Shown in pieces: positions 58,431 through 64,000 of a DNA stretch of 64,000 nucleotides. This DNA is from Mytilus trossulus (Eukaryota), in the NCBI RefSeq assembly GCF_036588685.1, contig NC_086373.1, positions 112,096,001-112,160,000 of the forward strand. Direction: 5' to 3'. The translations under genes were made by a program, and so were the position numbers. Under the pieces are notes generated by a model. The model was not told the origin of the DNA, searched no databases, and saw nothing but the letters and a program-made list of their open reading frames with translations. The first letter of the stretch is position 1; the number at the start of each line of letters is the position of its first letter.

Positions 58431-61400
58431 TGTATACATCATACTTCACCTCATTATTGGAAATAAACTGAGTGGCTAAACTTCATTCAGAAACATATGA
58501 TAAAAGGGACCTTGCTATATAAACAGAATGAGCAGACTTTGTAAGAGGGTATATGTACCAGACCTTGCTATATAAACAGAATGAGCAGACCTTGTAGGAG
58601 GTATATGGACCAGACCTTATTGTAAGAAATATAGAGTGTTATAGGAATCGAAAGATGAAGACCTATGAAGGACTATAACCAATCATTTATAGACACTCAG
58701 GATAGAAATATTTGGTATATGGACCAGCAAATAAATATGGGTGAATTGAAAACAATTATAAGAACATTATTAAGGATTTTTACCAAAGCTGCTCTTAATA
58801 TTATGGGACTTTCAAACACAATCCTTATTTCTCCCAAATTGCAATTATAAAGTATAAAAAAGGAAGAAAATTTCAAATTTAAGTGCTGACAGTTTGAAAA
58901 ATTACCACTGAATTTATGATAAACTAAAACAAAGTTAACTGAACTCATTTTATGGTAGCAGACTGTGGAGAAAGATTTCTTAGTATTAGTTTAAGTTTAA
59001 CTGAAATGAGATGCATGAACTCTAATTTTTGTCACATCATTGATTTTAATCAGGCTATAAAAATGCATTAACTATTTATAAAATGATAGCTTACAGGGGG
59101 TCATGTTACACTTTATTTTCATATCTTGTATTGAATTTGTTTTAATTGATGACTTTTTCACATGTTTTCAATCTTTTTTTTTTTTGTTAGTGTCTGTTAT
59201 GTTATAGATGCACTTTAAAAGATATTCCATTTCAAATACACTCATATTCAATGTTTACTATGCATGTCACAATGGGTAATGATGTAGTCCCTATCTTTAT
59301 TATCTTCATTTTTCACAATATTCAGTTAACAAGCTTTTATAGACATTTAAACGGATAAATCAACATATATTTGGTTTAGACTAACCCAGCAATCTATAAG
59401 AAAAATACTAGAAAAAAAAATATTTGTAAAGATTTTGCATTCTGTGAAGTTTCTCGATTCCGGACAAGTAAAAGTTTGACACATTGTATAATCGTTCATC
59501 AGATTTTACTGTAACTTCAAACTTAAGCCAAACAGTTGACCCTAACCAAATTTCTTCTTTCCTTTTGTTTGTTTTTATTGTTGGATTATTGATTCATTAG
59601 TGTACATTTTGTATTTCCCACATATTCTTATTTTAATCATGATGAAACTTTATTTAAACTGTTTTAACAATAATTATTAATTATGTGTCTTTATTTTAGA
59701 TTTACTGGGTACAGGTAATATTAACTTAGGCCTTTGACCTACACCTTATTGTAGAAATAATTTGTTAATAAGTGTATTAGATTAATAAATCCCAGTCAAT
59801 CAAGAAATTATTGAATATATCAATTTCATAAAAAAATCAATTTCATTTCTTTCTGTAAATACAAACCGATTTAAACATTTAAGTACATGTATTATATCAG
59901 TAGACGATAAGATATAGATAGGAGATATCATTTATATTGTAGGGTGCATGGGTGATAAATTCAGTCAATTATGACGGGTAACAATACCCTGTTTGGATTA
60001 CGACCTTTTTAGTATTGTGTCTAAATAAATATTACAGTGAGATGATCATGCAGTAAAGGGATTGGTGATAATACCTTGAGGATAATACCTGTCCTAATTA
60101 ACAGGTGAGTGGAATAAAGTTATTTGCCAGGGGGGTAAATCTTATACTTTGTTGTCCCCTCCCCTTTCCACAAGTAAAGGGATTGAGGAGAATACCTGTC
60201 CTAATTAACAGGTAAGTGGAATAGTAGTTATTTATCAACAGTTAATCTTATACTTTGTTGTCTCCCCTTTAACAAGGAAAGTAATATTGGAATGAGGAAT
60301 TATTTGATTTTTTTTTATTAAGGTCATATTTATTTATAAACATAACCCACTAAGAAAATAAAATTGAGAATGGAAATAGGGAATGTGTTAAAGAGACAAC
60401 AAAGCAACCATAAAGCAGACAACAGCCGAAGGCCACCAATGGATTTTCAACACAGCAACATAACTCCACACCCAGAGGTGTGCTTAAAGAGAGTAAACTA
60501 TGCATGGCTAAGGGTTAGGTAGCTATATTTAATTCAAATTAATTAATATAAAAAAAACTTTTGCCGTGCATGTAGTTGTGCTAGGTGTGAACTCAACAAA
60601 GTTTCTCTATTTGTCATACCTGCCTTATTTTTATAGTAGAATAAGACATAATAGTCCTATCTTCTGGCACCGCTGTCATTAGTGTCATAAATATTTACAT
60701 TCAGTCTGTGGTTAAAGTTTTTGATTACACATCAATAGCTTTGTCAAACCTTTATGGAATTCTTCGAAACTTGGACTGAAGCCTTTTGTTATTAAGTTAA
60801 CCACAATATCCATAACTAGATTTAAACTAATTGGTTTTTTTTTCCAAATTTACTGATATATAATGTCAAAAGATAAAGGTATTTAGAGTTCAACAGTTTG
60901 GTCAAATATATACATGTTATAGCTGACTTTGCGGTATGGGCTTTGCTCATTGTTGAAGCCATATGGTGACCTATAGTTGTTAATTTCTTTGTCATTTGGT
61001 TTCTTGTGGAAAGTTGTTGCATTGGGAATCATGTCACATCTTTCTTTTTTATATGTATGTAATTTTATGAAACTTGGACAGAAGCTTTTTTTTAGATCAA
61101 TAGAAAGTATCTTTAGCAAGTTTTGAAAAACATGGACTTTATTTTACCATTTACAAAATTTAAGATACAAGTTTATGTTTTTTAGACATCAATATTATTG
61201 TTAAACCTTCTTGAAAATAATATTGACATGATCATTATGATCAATAGACTGAGTATCCACACCAAAATTTAGAAAATACTTTTTTATTATGCCCCACTTT
61301 GCTTTCCATGTCTATAGCTAGTACAAATGTATTTAAACTTACAAAATACAAATTACATTGATCATGTTGATCAACTTCTCTTTTCTAACATTGCAAGGTT

Positions 61401-61814
61401 ACCCAATTGATTTATATGAGGTTTTAATTTAATAATTTACCTTTACATCAAATATTTCAGTTCAATGGGTCTCACTGATAACAAATAATTTCTTAAAACT
61501 ATTTTTTCCTCACTATTATGTAATAGTGTTATTGAGATGTCATACACTATTCCTTTTAATTCTGAATTTAATTAGGTACATGATTCAAACTTTCAGAAAT
61601 AGTTGAAAGGAAATTTCTTCCATTGTTGATTCATTATGACGTCTGAGTTTTATAATGTTATTTCATGTACTGTTTTTTGTCTGTTTGTCTATTTTCATTT
61701 TTTAGGCAGGGTGTTGTCAGTTTATTTTGGACTTGTTAATTTGAATGTCCCATTGGTAATCTTTTTGCCTCTTTATAACTCTCTGTCAAATGCATGATTA
61801 AAAAAAAGAATTAA

Positions 61815-62087
61815 GGTAGTACCCAACACTTTCACTAAAATCAATTTGGCTCGTTTAATTTTCATAAAATTTTGACAATGTATTTACTTTGACCCTTTAA
61901 CAAAAATATAAAAATTTCAAAAATTTTGAACCAACCGTTTTGTCAGAAAAATTACACTGGTTATATAGCAGTTTGACAAACAACAATTTTTATCATTGAG
62001 AAGCTTGATATTCCCTTTACAACACAACGTATTTAAAACATTTAGCTGACTTTACAGAGTTATCTCCCTGTAGTGTTAGGTACCACC
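61815..62087. mobile_element. Kolobok-like MITE (TTAA TSD)
   Basis: TTAA|GGTAGTACCCAACACT...AGTGTTAGGTACCACC|TTAA. Confidence 0.78.
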
Positions 62088-62737
62088 TTAAAGACATAAT
62101 ATACTTATCAACCATATTTGGTGTATGGAATGATTGTACTATGTATATATCTGTTTGGCAATTATCATATGACCACATTTTCATGGTTCAGGGTGTCACT
62201 TTAAGTTTTCCTGGTTTAGTTTGTTTCTTCAATGCTGTATCCAAAAGATCAACTTTATTTGAAGCATGTAATGATTGTATGTGGTACATGTCTGTCTGGC
62301 AGGGGTCATCTGACCTTGGCCTCATTTTAAAGGTTCATTGATCAATAGTTTTCATGGCCAAGTTTGTTTCTTCGATGTGCAATAGGTTATATGCAGTTAT
62401 ATTTAAAGCATATTTGGTGTATGGAATGATTGTGAGGTGTACATGTATTTCCAGTTTAGTTTATCTGCACTTAACCTAGAGACTTGCAAAGGGGAAACCA
62501 AAGCTTTTAGTCAGGAAAAATTCATCTGGTAACCTGCCCTACTAAATATTAAATAGTCAGCCCTGTAAGATAACATTGAAGTTCTGTTTTTATCCTGTTT
62601 ATTTTATTTTTGCTGTGGACTCAACAGTGGTTTGTTGATTTACCATTATTTTTGTTGGTACTAACTTTTATGAATTTAGAAATAAGCTCATTTTTATAGA
62701 TATTTTGTTTTGCCAAAAGGTGTACTAATATAGACAG

Positions 62738-62960
62738 TGTTAACTATTCCTTTCCCAAATATTTAGATATATCAGTTTTACACAGGAAACTCAAACGTCA
62801 AAAGGGAAGATGTTTCGATCATTTCATATTTTTAATTTTCCTTTTTTGGGTGGTGATGTTCACATGGCACCATCTTGTGTTGTTTAGGCATTTACTATGC
62901 CTGTGTCTGAATTGGCATTTTTAATTTGTGGTTCAACTCTACCCATAAAATGCATGAAAA
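62738..62960 (+). mobile_element. Highly decayed Penelope-like RT fragment, same family as 33-1310
   Basis: tttagatatatcagttttacacaggaaactc and ttttgggtggtgatgttcacatggcaccatctt match the reverse complement of ~430-580. Confidence 0.65.
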
Positions 62961-63011
62961 GTGGTACCCCTAAATAATAATTAATTCACGATTGTGGACT
63001 TTTTTTCAACA

Positions 63012-64000
63012 GTATACTAAACTTAGTAAGAATGAGTCTTTGATGAATACCTCCTTGTATGTAAATCTTTGTATACTAAACTTAGTAAGAATGAGTCTTT
63101 GATGAATACCTCCTTGTATGTAAATCTTTGTATACTAAACTTAGTAAGAATGAGTCTTTGATGAATACCTCCTTGTATGTAAATCTTTGTATACTAAACT
63201 TAGTAAGAATGAGTCTTTGATGAATACCTCCTTGTATGTAAATCTTTGTATACTAAACTTAGTAAGAATGAGTCTTTGATGAATACCTCCTTGTATGTAA
63301 ATCTTTGTATACTAAACTTAGTAAGAATGAGTCTTTGATGAATACCTCCTTGTATGTAAATCTTTGTATACTAAACTTAGTAAGAATGAGTCTTTGATGA
63401 ATACCTCCTTGTATGTAAATCTTTGTATACTAAACTTAGTAAGAATGAGTCTTTGATGAATACCTCCTTGTATGTAAATCTTTGTATACTAAACTTAGTA
63501 AGAATGAGTCTTTGATGAATACCTCCTTGTATGTAAATCTTTGTATACTAAACTTAGTAAGAATGAGTCTTTGATGAATACCTCCTTGTATGTAAATCTT
63601 TGTATACTAAACTTAGTAAGAATGAGTCTTTGATGAATACCTCCTTGTATGTAAATCTTTGTATACTAAACTTAGTAAGAATGAGTCTTTGATGAATACC
63701 TCCTTGTATGTAAATCTTTGTATACTAAACTTAGTAAGAATGAGTCTTTGATGAATACCTCCTTGTATGTAAATCTTTGTATACTAAACTTAGTAAGAAT
63801 GAGTCTTTGATGAATACCTCCTTGTATGTAAATCTTTGTATACTAAACTTAGTAAGAATGAGTCTTTGATGAATACCTCCTTGTATGTAAATCTTTGTAT
63901 ACTAAACTTAGTAAGAATGAGTCTTTGATGAATACCTCCTTGTATGTAAATCTTTGTATACTAAACTTAGTAAGAATGAGTCTTTGATGAATACCTCCTT
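63012..64000. repeat. 59-bp tandem array, ~17 apparently identical copies, runs off the right edge
   Basis: gtatactaaacttagtaagaatgagtctttgatgaatacctccttgtatgtaaatcttt repeated. Confidence 0.98.

Overview
AT-rich animal genomic DNA; the repeat families and gene content point to a mytilid mussel or similar bivalve (inference). Host genes: five coding exons of mitochondrial prolyl-tRNA synthetase (PARS2, minus strand, 19750 to 1349, continuing off the left edge); a single-coding-exon RING-less B-box/coiled-coil/beta-propeller TRIM-like gene nested antisense in a 14.2-kb PARS2 intron; and a complete six-exon CYB5RL (plus strand, 25973-30949) head-to-head with PARS2. The right half is dominated by an apparently complete ~16.2-kb Helentron/Helitron2 (~40939-57192) with matching subterminal inverted repeats. 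It carries an intact ~2,030-aa ORF (herpes-tegument-like cysteine protease, Zn-binding region, HUH Rep, PIF1 helicase, AP endonuclease) and a second, spliced OB-fold (RPA-like) gene. Other elements: a 399-bp miniature LTR element with tRNA-like LTRs and a tRNA-Lys PBS, a solo LTR, Penelope-like RT relics, hammerhead-ribozyme relics, many MITEs with readable TSDs, and several tandem arrays, two of which appear to derive from pieces of the dispersed SINE-like family. Nearly all other ORFs in the track are artefacts of repeats or AT-rich DNA. All family assignments are from motif recognition by eye; no searches were run.
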